Below, in pieces: positions 12,528 through 25,600 of a stretch of DNA of 64,000 nucleotides (position 1 is the stretch's first letter; each line of letters begins with the position of its first letter). The stretch is from Zygnema circumcarinatum SAG 698-1b (Eukaryota; Plantae; Zygnematophyceae). The stretch covers positions 620,001 to 684,000 of the forward strand of contig CM074823.1 in the NCBI GenBank assembly GCA_037447605.1. The letters run 5' to 3'. The notes beneath the pieces were generated by a model. It was not told where the DNA came from. It made no database searches and saw only the letters and a list, made by a program, of their open reading frames with translations. A program made the position numbers and the translations under genes.

Positions 12528-14046
12528 GTACAGGGAGTCCTCGTCATATTTTCCACCTGGTTTCGGCAAATACCGGGCGAAAATATTGTTTTTGGCAAAT
12601 AGAAGGTCCGTGTTACCAATAGGCGAGCGGAACGATGTTAGTGTTCATGTATATCCGTACGCATCGTATCGTATCGTTCGTTGTCATATCGTACCGCATC
12701 GTACCGTATTGGCTACTACAGCTCGTACGGCTAGTACGGATACTACCATATCGGGACATATCGTATAGTATCGTATCGTATCGAAGCCAAAAAGAAGGGG
12801 AGAAGAGCGAGCGCCTCTTACGGCGGCACGTGCGGGGAGATTAGGTGAGTTTTGCGTAAGCCCGTAACGGCTAGTACAGCTAGTACGGCTAGTACGGTCA
12901 GTACGCATCGTGCTGGGTCTCCAGGGTTCTCTGATTCAGCCAGTTTGTTACACATAGGGCTTTTTCGCTGGGAAGGATTTCAGAGAGCACAAAAAAAGAA
13001 CACACCTTTCATACTTTTCTCACCTCTCCTTTTTATCTTCTTACACCTTTTTTGAAATCTGATATACCCTCCTCATTGGGGACATCCACCCTTCTTGTCT
13101 TTTTCAGAGAAAAAGACCGGGCCTGCTGAATCTTCTCAGCATAAATATCTGTTGGCCATATTGTCTGCCTGTCCTTCACATTACAGAGCCATCATTGTCC
13201 ATTCTAGTAAGATCACACCACGGCAGATCGCTGTCTTTGATCGGCAGCCGGATCGTCCCAGCGAATGGTAGCATGTCGCTGTATCCGCCCCAAGCCTTTT
13301 CGAGGTTCGTACACTATCGACGAAATTGTAGTTCGAGGAAAGTCCTAAATCCTACATTGCGAGGCCGTGCCCAATTCACCATCTGCCGCGTGCTATTTTT
13401 GGACGTGGCAAACTGTGATTGGTACAGGCACTCACGTTTCATCACGGTTTTTACTTTCCTCGATAGCTGGCGGACGTACGCCTTTTGTACGGTCCTTCGA
13501 GCCGGCTTGGCGCAGATGCGGGACAGAGCCCGGCTGCTGATTGAACGGTGATCTGCCAAGGTGCGATCTGAGTGAATATCGACGGCGGAAAATTATTGCA
13601 CGTGTAAATGACGGCCATCTGTGCTGATTCGTGCGGACTGGTCTTTCCTTTTTGAGCGGATTCGGGCAGCAGATATTTTTTTTCTCTGAAGAAATGATAA
13701 GGAGGCAAATCTGCCCACAGAAAAGGTGTCTGCAACGGCGCTCGGCCGCTCAGTAGTAGCGTGTATCGATTCCAAAAAGATGTGAAAAAAAAGGTGAAAA
13801 AAAAAAAGGTGTGAAAGGTGTGTTCCTTTTTTGTCTATTTTAAAATCTGCCCGGCGAAAAGAGGTCTGTGTGTAGACAAAAAAGGTGTGAGAATAGAATT
13901 TTCCTTAGGGTTTTAAGGGTACGGATAGTACGAATAGTACGGCTAACCCTAAGTTACCGTACAAAAAGGTGGTTTCGGCAAAATCGGTGCGAATTTATTG
14001 GTGACGCACTGTTGAAGGTGGAAAATATGACGAGGACCCCCTGTAC
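12528..14046. mobile_element. Putative non-autonomous DNA element with nested inverted repeats
   Basis: A 31-bp inverted pair at 12528-12558 and 14016-14046 (1 mismatch) and a 25-bp inverted pair at 12990-13014 and 13809-13833 (2 mismatches) surround an SSR-free core. No TSD or transposase was recognised. Confidence 0.4.
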
Positions 14047-14089
14047 AGAATTACATGTACGAACCGTACATGTAGGGTTTAGAGTCTAG

Positions 14090-14560
14090 AGTTTTAGGTT
14101 TGGGGTTCAGGGTTTAGGGTCTAGGGTTTAGGTTTTCGGGTGTGGGGTTGAATTCAGGGTGTAGGGTAGGGTTTAAGGGTTAGGGTTCGGGTTTTGGGTT
14201 GAAGGTGTAGGGTCTCTGGGGGATTTGGAGTTCAGGATTAGAAAAGGAGTAAAAGGTTTGGGATTTGGATGTTTAGGGTTTTAGGTTAAGGATTTTAGGG
14301 TTTTAGGTTAAGGATTTTAGGGCTTTAGGTTTGGGATTTGGATGTTTAGGGTTTTAGGTTAAGGATTTTAGTGTTTTAGGTTAAGGATTTTAGGGCTTTA
14401 GGTTTGGGATTTGGATGTTTAGGGTTTTAGGTTAAGGATTTTAGGGTTTTAGGTTAAGGATTTTAGGGCTTTAGGTTAAGGAATTTAGGGTTTTAGGTTA
14501 AGAATTTTAGGGTTTTAGCGGCCAAGGTTAAGCGGTTTTAAGGGGGTGGTGGGGTTTCTG
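14090..14560 (+). repeat. Degenerate telomere-like tract (TTTAGGG, TTTTAGG TTAAGGA variants) upstream of UVR3
   Basis: Direct reading. Confidence 0.85.
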
Positions 14561-14760
14561 GTTTGCGGTTTTTGGTTCTAAATTTGTTGAGGACTTCAGG
14601 ATTTCGTGGTTTCCTCTGACCCCCCACCAATCCTTCCACCCCATTTTCTCACCCCATTTCATCAAATTCACTCAAAATTTCAAAAATCCGACGAAGACCC
14701 AATTTAGATATACCCTTGTTAATACCAATTCCCGCCCCAGATTTCCCTTTTTCCAATTCT

Positions 14761-15763
14761 ATGGCCACTTTTTTGACCCCCAAAAACCCTAATTCTCTCG
14801 TCTGGTTCCGGAAAGCCCTCCGCCTTCATGACAACCCCGCTTTGTATGAATCTTGCCAAGGAAATCCCAAAAACTTATACCCCATTTTCGTATTGGATCC
14901 CTGGTTTTTAAATCCCGATAAAACTGCGCCTTCGCCGGGTTCGACTCGAGTCGGAATTAACCGAATTCAGTTCCTTCTCGAGTCGCTCCAAAATTTGGAC
15001 AAAAATTTGAAGGCGAACGGAAGCAAGCTGTTGGTCCTCTCGGGAGACCCAAAAGAGGTCATACCTCGGGTGCTGGAAAAGGTACATTCTTCTCCATTGT
15101 CTCTCCCTCTCTCTTTCTCTCCCTCTCTCTCCCTTCCTCTCTCGCTTCCCCTCTCTGTCTCTCTCTCTCCCCCCTCTCTCCTCTCTTTCTCCCACTCTCG
15201 CTTGCTCTCTCTCTCCCTCTCTCTCCTTCCCTCTCTCCTCTCCCTCTTCCCTCTCTCTTCTCCCCTCGCTCTCCCTCTCTCTCTCCCTCTTTCTCTCTGC
15301 CTCTCTCCCTCTCTCTCTCTCCTTCTCTCACTCCTCACTCTCGTCCCTCTCTCTTCCCCCCCTCTCTCTCCCCCTCTCTCTCTCCCTCTTTCTCTCTCTC
15401 TCTCTTCTTCTCTCTCTCTCCCTCTCTTCTTCTCTACCTCTCGTTCTCACCATCCTTGAATGAGTCGGGGGAAAGGGAGGGGACGGAGAGACTCTTCTGC
15501 GTTTGATGTTAAATTTTTAATTCTATTCCAATTGAATAATCTCACTGAAGTTAGACATGCAGACCAAGTTTGATGATTTGCGCGGTGGTTTGGATAAGCC
15601 TAGATAGATGAATGATGACGTCACTTTTTTTCACATGAAGCGTGTAGGATGATGCTGACGTCATCGCATGCATGTATGGTGGGGGCAGTGGAAAATTGGA
15701 AAGTTATGTTTCGAGTACGACACGGAGCCATATGCGCTCGACCGAGACCAATACATAAGAGTG

Positions 15764-15841
<78 letters not shown>

Positions 15842-17117
15842 TCCCTTTTCTAGCCCACTCTCCCTCTCCCTCATTCTGTACCTCGCTTTACCAATCCTTT
15901 CTACTTTCGCTCTAAAACCCCTTCTTCTATCTCCCTCCCTCTCTCTTCCTTCCCCTCTCCCACTCTCTCCATCTGTACCTCTCTACCCTCTCTCACCCTT
16001 CCCTCTACCAACAGTAAAAACCCTAAACTCCAAATCTAAATAAACCTCCCCATTCTCCCTCTCCTCCTCTGCTCCTTACCTCACTTCCATACATCAATTG
16101 CATTCTTTGCCTATTTGTTGCAACATTTTTCTTTAAGTATCACATATCCCTTCGCTTGCTATTCTTTTTTTGCAATCTTATTCTTCCGCAGAGCGCTGCG
16201 GAGAAAATTGGCGTCAGAGTACTTGCGCCGATCTCACACACTCTGTTCGATCCGGCTGTCATAATAGCGAAGGTGGGCGGCCTCCCTCCCTCCCTCCCTC
16301 CCTCTCTCCCTCCCACCCTCCCTCCCTCTCTCCCTCCCTGCCTCCCCCACCCTCCCTCCCAACCTGCCTCCTCCCTCCCGCCCTCTCTCTCCCTGCCTCC
16401 CTGCCTCCCTCCCCTCCNNNNNNNNNNTTCCCGCCCTCACTCCGCCCGCCCGTCTCCCCTCTCTCCTTCCCTCCCCCTCCCTCCTTCCGCACCTCTCCTC
16501 TCCCCGCCTTTCCCTCCCTCCCTCTCTCCTCTTTCCCTCTTTCCTCCTCCCTCCCTCTCCCCCCCTTTTTCCCCTTCTCCCTCCCTCACTTCATCCCACG
16601 CTATTCATCTCTCCCTCTCTCCCTCTCCATTACAATTAGGTTTAGGGTTTTTGCTTTTGCACTTACTACTCTTATCTCTTCTTGTCCCCCCTCCCCCCCC
16701 CGCCCCTTTTTTTTTTCCCATTTTGTTTATTAGTTTAACTCTTTGATTTATCATTTTTTTTTTTCTTTCCAGAATAAAGGCAAACCTCCTCTCACATACC
16801 AATCCTTCCTAAAGTTAATCGATGAGCCTCCCCCTCCTATACCCCATTTTTCGGACCCATTTCCGCCCGTCCCTAAGGATTTTAACGGAATTGTTGTTAG
16901 CGGCGTACCCAAACTCACAGACTTAGGGTATGATGAGCTTTCCGAGGTGAGGAAAAAAGGCGCCTATCTCTCTCTCTCTCTGCCTCTCTTTCTCTCCCTC
17001 CTCCCTCCCTTCTCGTCTCTCCACTCATTTTCTATCCCCGTCTTCCCTATATCTCTTCTCTTCTCTCTCTCTTTCTCTCTCTTTCTCTCTCTTTCTCTCT
17101 CTCTCTCTTCTTCCCCA

Positions 17118-17168
<51 letters not shown>

Positions 17169-18314
17169 CTCGCTATCTTTCCCTCTCTTTCGCTTCCCTC
17201 CACCAGAAAAACTGACACGAAACGAAAGTAACTGCTAATCTGACACGTGGCAAGTACTGATTTGCGCCACGTGGCAGGAGGAGCGGACTCCCTTCAAAGG
17301 AGGAGAAACCGAAGCGCTTTTACGGCTCGAAAAGTTTATGGACCGAAAAGTAGGTTTGCTCTGAATATTCTTTTAAGGGATTTAAGATTTTCTTTAGAAG
17401 CACAAAAGGATTTTTCAATTCATTCACAGTTTTCTTTATCATGTTATGGAGGTTTTGAATTTTTTTGAGACATTGTAGGTTATGTGGCCTTTGACTTTTG
17501 GAATGACGTCATCATTTTTATTTGTGTCCTCTTGCTGATGTCAGCAATGGGTGGCGAAGTTTGAGAAGCCGAAGGGCGATCCGACCGCATTCGATGAACC
17601 GGCGACCACTGTGCTCTCGCCCTATCTCAAGGTCTCTCTCGCTCTCTCTCTGTCTTTCTCTCTCTCTCTAACTCTTTATCTCTCTCTTTCGCTCTCCCAC
17701 TTTCTCTCTCTTTCTCTCTCTCTCTTTCTCCATCTTTCTCTCACTCTTTCTCTCTCTTACTCTCTCTCGTCCTCTCTCTCTTTCTATATCTTTCTCTCCC
17801 TTTCTCCTTATCTTCCCTCTCTTTCTGTCTTTCTCTTTCTCTCTCCTACTCTCGCTTTTTCTCTGTCTCTCTCTCTTTCTATCTTTCTCTCTCTCTTTCT
17901 CTCTCTTGCTCTCGTTTTCTCTGTCTCCCTCTCTCCCTTTCTCTCTTTCTCTCTCTCTCCCTCTTTTTCTCTCTTACTCTTTCTCTCTCTCTTTCTCTCT
18001 TTCCTTCTCTTTCTCTCTCTTGCTCTCTTTTTCTCTGTCTCCCTCTCTCTCTTTCTCTCTTTCTCTCTCTCTCGTCCTCTCTCTTTCTCTCCCTTTCTCT
18101 CTCTCTTTTTCTCTCCTCTCCATCCCTCTCTCTCGCTGTCTACTCTATATTGTACCTACTTTTACCTTTTTTCTTTCTCCTTCCCCTGCAGTTCGGTTGC
18201 CTCTCCTCTCGCCTTTTCCATGCGCGCCTTCGATCCGTTCTCAGTTCCGTTACGAGCCACACAAAGCCGCCCGTTTCTTTGGAGGGCCAGGTCCGTCCAA
18301 TCACNNNNNNNNNN

Positions 18315-18365
<51 letters not shown>

Positions 18366-19777
18366 CTCGCTATCTTTCCCTCTCTTTCGCTTCCCTCCAC
18401 CAGAAAAACTGACACGAAACGAAAGTAACTGCTAATCTGACACGTGGCAAGTACTGATTTGCGCCACGTGGCAGGAGGAGCGGACTCCCTTCAAAGGAGG
18501 AGAAACCGAAGCGCTTTTACGGCTCGAAAAGTTTATGGACCGAAAAGTAGGTTTGCTCTGAATATTCTTTTAAGGGATTTAAGATTTTCTTTAGAAGCAC
18601 AAAAGGATTTTTCAATTCATTCACAGTTTTCTTTATCATGTTATGGAGGTTTTGAATTTTTTTGAGACATTGTAGGTTATGTGGCCTTTGACTTTTGGAA
18701 TGACGTCATCATTTTTATTTGTGTCCTCTTGCTGATGTCAGCAATGGGTGGCGAAGTTTGAGAAGCCGAAGGGCGATCCGACCGCATTCGATGAACCGGC
18801 GACCACTGTGCTCTCGCCCTATCTCAAGGTCTCTCTCGCTCTCTCTCTGTCTTTCTCTCTCTCTCTAACTCTTTATCTCTCTCTTTCGCTCTCCCACTTT
18901 CTCTCTCTTTCTCTCTCTCTCTTTCTCCATCTTTCTCTCACTCTTTCTCTCTCTTACTCTCTCTCGTCCTCTCTCTCTTTCTATATCTTTCTCTCCCTTT
19001 CTCCTTATCTTCCCTCTCTTTCTGTCTTTCTCTTTCTCTCTCCTACTCTCGCTTTTTCTCTGTCTCTCTCTCTTTCTATCTTTCTCTCTCTCTTTCTCTC
19101 TCTTGCTCTCGTTTTCTCTGTCTCCCTCTCTCCCTTTCTCTCTTTCTCTCTCTCTCCCTCTTTTTCTCTCTTTCTCTCTTTCTCTCTCTCTTTCTCTCTC
19201 TTGCTCTCTTTTTCTCTGTCTCCCTCTCTCTCTTTCTCTCTTTCTCTCTCTCTCGTCCTCTCTCTTTCTCTCCCTTTCTCTCTCTCTTTTTCTCTCCTCT
19301 CCATCCCTCTCTCTCGCTGTCTACTCTATATTGTACCTACTTTTACCTTTTTTCTTTCTCCTTCCCCTGCAGTTCGGTTGCCTCTCCTCTCGCCTTTTCC
19401 ATGCGCGCCTTCGATCCGTTCTCAGTTCCGTTACGAGCCACACAAAGCCGCCCGTTTCTTTGGAGGGCCAGGTCCGTCCAATCACAGAGCGACAGCTGGC
19501 ACCCTCACTTGCCTTTGTCTGCATGTTCTGTCACGTCACAAATCCTCTCGGATGTTTCCACCTGGCGAGCTCGGTCAGGTGAAAACAACAGAAGACGTCT
19601 ACTTCTACTTTTTTTTTAATTTTTTTCTTTTTTTTTTCCGGCATTGCGGCTAGGCAGCTTCTATGGCGCGAATTTTTCTACGTGGTTGGATTCGGCACGA
19701 CTAATTTTGACCGCATGGAGGGAGGGAAACAGCATCTGCAAGCAGGCATGACTCTCTCACTCCTCTCTCACTCCACC

Positions 19778-19810
<33 letters not shown>

Positions 19811-20974
19811 CCTCTCTCTCTCTCTCCCTCTCTCTCTCTCTTTCTCTCTTTCACTATCTCCCTTTCTTGAACCATTCTCTCACTCCCTCCCTCTCTTTCC
19901 TCCGATATCATTCTCATCCCATCCCTTTCTCCTCGTTCCCTCTCTCTAGGCTCCCACAACTCATGCTCCCTTTCATGCCTTCCGACTCTCTCTCTCTTCT
20001 CTCGTCTTTCTCTCACATACCGTAAACACTTGTTTCCCCCTCTCGCTCCCTCTCTCTCTCTCACTCCATCCCTACCTCCCTCCCTCCCTCTCTCTGACTC
20101 CCCGTAAGTCTTATGCTCATTCTCCCATTTCCATCACACTGCCAATCACTCATGTCTCTACTTTGACTCCCAACTTATCTGCTTTTCACTCCCATCCTCT
20201 CCCTCCATCACCCTCCTAAACCCCTCCTCACTCACTATCATGTCCCTATCCCACCTCCCTTCCTCCACTCCCTCCCCCACCCCCTTCCCCTTCCCTTTCC
20301 CCTTCCCCTCTCCCTCTCCCTCTCCCTCTCCCNNNNNNNNNNCTCTTTTTCTCTCTTACTCTTTCTCTCTCTCTTTCTCTCTTTCCTTCTCTTTCTCTCT
20401 CTTGCTCTCTTTTTCTCTGTCTCCCTCTCTCTCTTTCTCTCTTTCTCTCTCTCTCGTCCTCTCTCTTTCTCTCCCTTTCTCTCTCTCTTTTTCTCTCCTC
20501 TCCATCCCTCTCTCTCGCTGTCTACTCTATATTGTACCTACTTTTACCTTTTTTCTTTCTCCTTCCCCTGCAGTTCGGTTGCCTCTCCTCTCGCCTTTTC
20601 CATGCGCGCCTTCGATCCGTTCTCAGTTCCGTTACGAGCCACACAAAGCCGCCCGTTTCTTTGGAGGGCCAGGTCCGTCCAATCACAGAGCGACAGCTGG
20701 CACCCTCACTTGCCTTTGTCTGCATGTTCTGTCACGTCACAAATCCTCTCGGATGTTTCCACCTGGCGAGCTCGGTCAGGTGAAAACAACAGAAGACGTC
20801 TACTTCTACTTTTTTTTTAATTTTTTTCTTTTTTTTTTCCGGCATTGCGGCTAGGCAGCTTCTATGGCGCGAATTTTTCTACGTGGTTGGATTCGGCACG
20901 ACTAATTTTGACCGCATGGAGGGAAACAGCATCTGCAAGCAGGCATGACTCTCTCACTCCTCTCTCACTCCACC

Positions 20975-21007
<33 letters not shown>

Positions 21008-22592
21008 CCTCTCTCTCTCTCTCCCTCTCTCTCTCTCTTTCTCTCTTTCACTATCTCCCTTTCTTGAACCATTCTCTCACTCCCTCCCTCTCTTTCCTCC
21101 GATATCATTCTCATCCCATCCCTTTCTCCTCGTTCCCTCTCTCTAGGCTCCCACAACTCATGCTCCCTTTCATGCCTTCCGACTCTCTCTCTCTTCTCTC
21201 GTCTTTCTCTCACATACCGTAAACACTTGTTTCCCCCTCTCGCTCCCTCTCTCTCTCTCACTCCATCCCTACCTCCCTCCCTCCCTCTCTCTGACTCCCC
21301 GTAAGTCTTATGCTCATTCTCCCATTTCCATCACACTGCCAATCACTCATGTCTCTACTTTGACTCCCAACTTATCTGCTTTTCACTCCCATCCTCTCCC
21401 TCCATCACCCTCCTAAACCCCTCCTCACTCACTATCATGTCCCTATCCCACCTCCCTTCCTCCACTCCCTCCCCCACCCCCTTCCCCTTCCCTTTCCCCT
21501 TCCCCTCTCCCTCTCCCTCTCCCTCTCCCNNNNNNNNNNCCCTCTCCCTCTCCCCCTCCCCCTCCCCCCAGATCCCTTGGCGTAGCGATGCCGACCTCCT
21601 ATTGGCCGCGTGGAGGGACGCGCGCACCGGCTATCCGTGGATTGACGCCGCCATGACGCAAGTGCGACAAAATGACATTTAAGAAAAAAGAAAATTTACA
21701 TAACAACAACCTTTTTTTCAGGAAAAAGTGCGGGGATTTTGCAGATGTCAACTTACCGCTTCTTTACAAAAATATAAAAAACAGTAATAAAAATAATGTG
21801 TTGACTCCCTTTATTTTCTTCCATTTTTTTCGTTTTCGTACCTCTATTTAACCACATCAAAACTATTTCCCCTTTCCTTTTTTCCCTTTCAGCTCCGAAA
21901 GTGGGGATGGATGCATCACTTGGCCCGCCATGCTGTCGCATGCTTTTTGACACGTGGCGATCTGGTACTGGCCCTCTCCCTCCTCTCGTCCAATCAGGGA
22001 TCGCAACTTCTCTCTCACTCTTCCACGCTGTGTCTAACACCACTTCCCTCTGCCTCTCCCCCCCACCCTAGTCTGTCTCGCTTTCTCTCTCATTGTGTCT
22101 CTCTCTCTCTCCCCCCCTCCACTCTCCCTCTTTCGTCCACACGCTCTCTTTCCCTCTCACTCTATCCCTCTCTCACTTACTCTCTCTCTTCTCTTTCTCT
22201 CTCTCTCTCTCCCCCCCTCCACTCTCCCTCTTTCGTCCACACGCTCTCTTTCCCTCTCACTCTATCCCTCTCTCACTTACTCTCTCTCTTCTCTTTCTCT
22301 CTCTCTCTCTCCCCCCCTGCACTCTCCCTCTTTCTTCCACACGCTCTCTTTCCCTCTCTCTCTATCCCTCTCTCACTTACTCTCTCTCTTCTCTTTCTCT
22401 CTCTCTCTCTCCCCCCCTGCACTCTCCCTCTTTCTTCCTCACGCTCCCTTTCCCTCTCTCACTCTCTCTCTCCCTCAGATGGTGCATTGGGAGAGGGGAC
22501 GTGACGTGTTCGACCGGCTGCTAATCGACGCGGACTGGTCCATCAACAACGCAAACTGGATGTGGCTCTCCTGCTCCGCCTTCTTCTCGCAG

Positions 22593-22659
<67 letters not shown>

Positions 22660-25600
22660 CCCGCTCTCCCTCTCCTCTCGCTCTCTCGCTCGCTCTTTTT
22701 CTCCCTCGTCCTCTCCCTCTTCCTTTCCCTCTCCCTCTCCATCTCCTTCTCCCTCTCTCTCTCTCCCTCTCCCTCTCGCTCACCCTCTCCTTCTCCCTCT
22801 TTCTCTCTCTGCCTCTCCGTCTCCATCACCCTCGCCCCCGCTCTCCCTCTCTTCCTGTCACTCTCCTCTTCTCCCTTCCCCACTCCTTCCTCCTAACCCT
22901 CCCCATCTCCCTCTCCCTCTCCCTCTCCCTCTCCCACTTCCTATCCCTCTCCCTCTACCTCTCCTTCTCCCTCTTCCTCTCCCTCTCCTTACTTCTACCC
23001 CTTCCCATCACCCTCTCCATCTCCCTCCCACTCTCCTTACTCCTACCACTCCCCATCTCCCACTCCCTCTCCCTCTCCCTCCCTCTCCACGCTTTCCTCC
23101 CCCCCTCTCCGAACTCTCCTACCCTCTCCCTCCCTCTCCTTGCTCCTACCCTCCCATCACCCTCCCTCTCCCTCTCCCTGCTCCCTCTCCTCTCCCTCTC
23201 CCTCTCCCTCTCCCTCTCCTCTCCCTCTCCCTCTCCCTCTCCCTCTCCTCTCCCTCTCCCTCTCCCTCTCCCTCTCCTCTCCCTCTCCTCTCCTCTCCCT
23301 CTCCCTCCTCCCTCTCTCCTCTCCCTCTCCCTCTCCTCTCTCCCTCTCCCTCTCCACTCTCCCTCTCCTCTCCCTCTCTCCTCCCTCCTCCCTCACCTAT
23401 TCCTCACTCCTACCCCTGCCCATCACCCTCTCCCTATCCCTATCCCTCTCCCTTTCCCTCTCCTCTTCCTCTCACTCTCTCTCCTCCCTCTCCCTCTCCC
23501 TCTCCCTCTCCCTCTCCCTCTCCCTCTCCCTCTCCCTCTCCCTCTCCCTCTCCCTCTCCCTCTCCCTCTCCCTCTCCCTCTCCTCTCTCCCTCTCCCTCT
23601 CCCTCTCCCTCTCCCTCTCCTTCTCCCTCTCCTTCTCCTCTCCCTCTCCCTCTCCCTCTCCCTCTCCTCTCTCTCCCTCCCTCTCCCTCACCTGCTCCTC
23701 ACCTTCTCCCTGCCATCACCCTCTCCCTCTCCCTGTCCCTCTCCCTTTCCCTCTCCCTCTTCCTCTCACTCTCCCTCTCCCTCCCTCTCCCTCTACCTCC
23801 CCCTCTCCTTACTCCTACCCCCCCCATCACCCTCTCGCTCCCTCTCCCTCTCTCACTCCCTCTCCCTCTCCCTCTCCCCCTCCCTCTCCCTCTCCCTCGC
23901 TCTCCCTCCCCCTCTCTTTACTCCTACCCTTCCCCATCACCCTCTCCCCATCCCTATCCCTCTCCCTTTCCCTCTTCCTCTCCCTCTCCCTCTCTCTCCC
24001 TCTCCCCATCCCCATCCCTCTCCCTTTCCCTCTTCCTCTCCCTCTCCCTCTCTCTCCCTCTCCCTCTCCCTCTCCCTCTCCCTCTCTCCCACTCTCCTTA
24101 CTCCTACCCCTCTCCCTCCCCCTCTCCTCACTCCTACCCCTCCATCACCCTCTCCCTCTCCCTCTCCCTCTCCCTCTCCCTCTCCCTCTCCCTCTCCCTC
24201 TCCCTCTCCTTCTCCCTCTTCCTCTCCCTCTCCTTACTTCTACCCCTCCCATCACCCTCTCCCTCTCCCTCTCCATCTCCCTCCCCCCATCTCCTTCCTC
24301 CCTCCCACTCCCCGACTCCCATCCCTTCTCCCACTCCCTCTCCCTCTCCCTCCCTCTCTCCCTCTCCCTTCCCTCTCTACTCCTTCCCCCTCCCCATCAC
24401 CCTCTCCCTCTCCCTCTCCTTCTCCCTCTCCCTCTTCCTCTCCCTCTCCCTCTCCCTCTCCCTCTCCCTCCCTCTCCCTCCCCTATTCCTCACTCCTACC
24501 CCTGCCCATCACCCTCTCCCTATCCCGATCCCTCTCCCTTTCCCTCTCCCTCTTCCTCTCACTCTCCCTCTCCCTCCTCTTCCTCTCCCTCCCTCTCCTC
24601 TCCTCCCCCATCACTCCTCTTCCCTCCTCTCCCTCTTACTCCCTCTCCCTCTCCCTCTCCCCCTCCCTCTCCCTCTCCCTCGCTCTCCCTCCCCCTCTCT
24701 TTACTCTTACCCTTCCCCATCACCCTCTCTATCCTATCCACTCTCCTTTTTCCCTCTTCCTCTCTCCCTCTCCTCTCCCTCCCTCTCACTCTCCCTCTCC
24801 TCTCTCCCTCTCCTTACCTCCTGCCTCTCCCTCCTCCTCTCCTCATCCTACCCTCCATCACCCTCTCCCTCTCCCTCTCCCTCTCCCTCTCCCTCTCCCT
24901 CTCCCTCTCCCTCTCCCTCTCCCTCTCCCTCTGGCAGTACCATCGAATCTATTCCCCGATCACGTTCCCAAAGAAGTACGATCCGCAGGGAAAGTACGTT
25001 CGTCATTTTCTGCCCGTCCTCAAAGGTGGGCCCCACGGCCGTACATTTCGCGGGCAGCTTGAAAAACCTCCGAGCTGAATCAAAACATTCAATTTTTTTT
25101 TTTACCGCTTTGGGTCGCCAAAGCATCGATTATTTTTCCTTCTTTTTTTCCTTCTTTTTTTCCTTCTTTTCGTACTCTTTAGAGCTGCCCGAAATGTTCC
25201 ATATCGTCTTGCTGTTTTCGTGTTATCCTGTGGCGTTCTATGTTCCGTTCCAGTTCCGTTTCGCGTTCGTTTCTGATCCATGCCATGGAAACTCTAAAAA
25301 CCCTAAAACCTTTCAATAAGTTAAAACCCTACAAAGCCTAAAAAACCTCAAAACCCTAAACCCTAAACCCCTATAAACCCTGAAACCCTAAAAATCCAAA
25401 AACCTGAAAAACCTATTAAACCTTAAAACCCTAAAACCCTAAAAGCCCAAAAACCCTGAACCCCTAACCCTAAAACCCTGAACCCCTAACCCTAAAACTC
25501 TGAAAACCCTAAAACCCGAGTTGCGTTGTGTCCTGATCCTCCGTTCGCCGTTTCTTGTTTCCGTTTTCCGTTCCGTTATCCATTTTCCGTTTTTCATTTT

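Noticed and set aside
22095-25319. 1074-aa and overlapping Ser/Leu/Pro-rich ORFs (extensin-like)
   Set aside because: They are translations of intronic (CT)n/(CCCTCT)n tracts. Only the embedded UVR3 exons 22479-22592 and 24938-25025 are coding.
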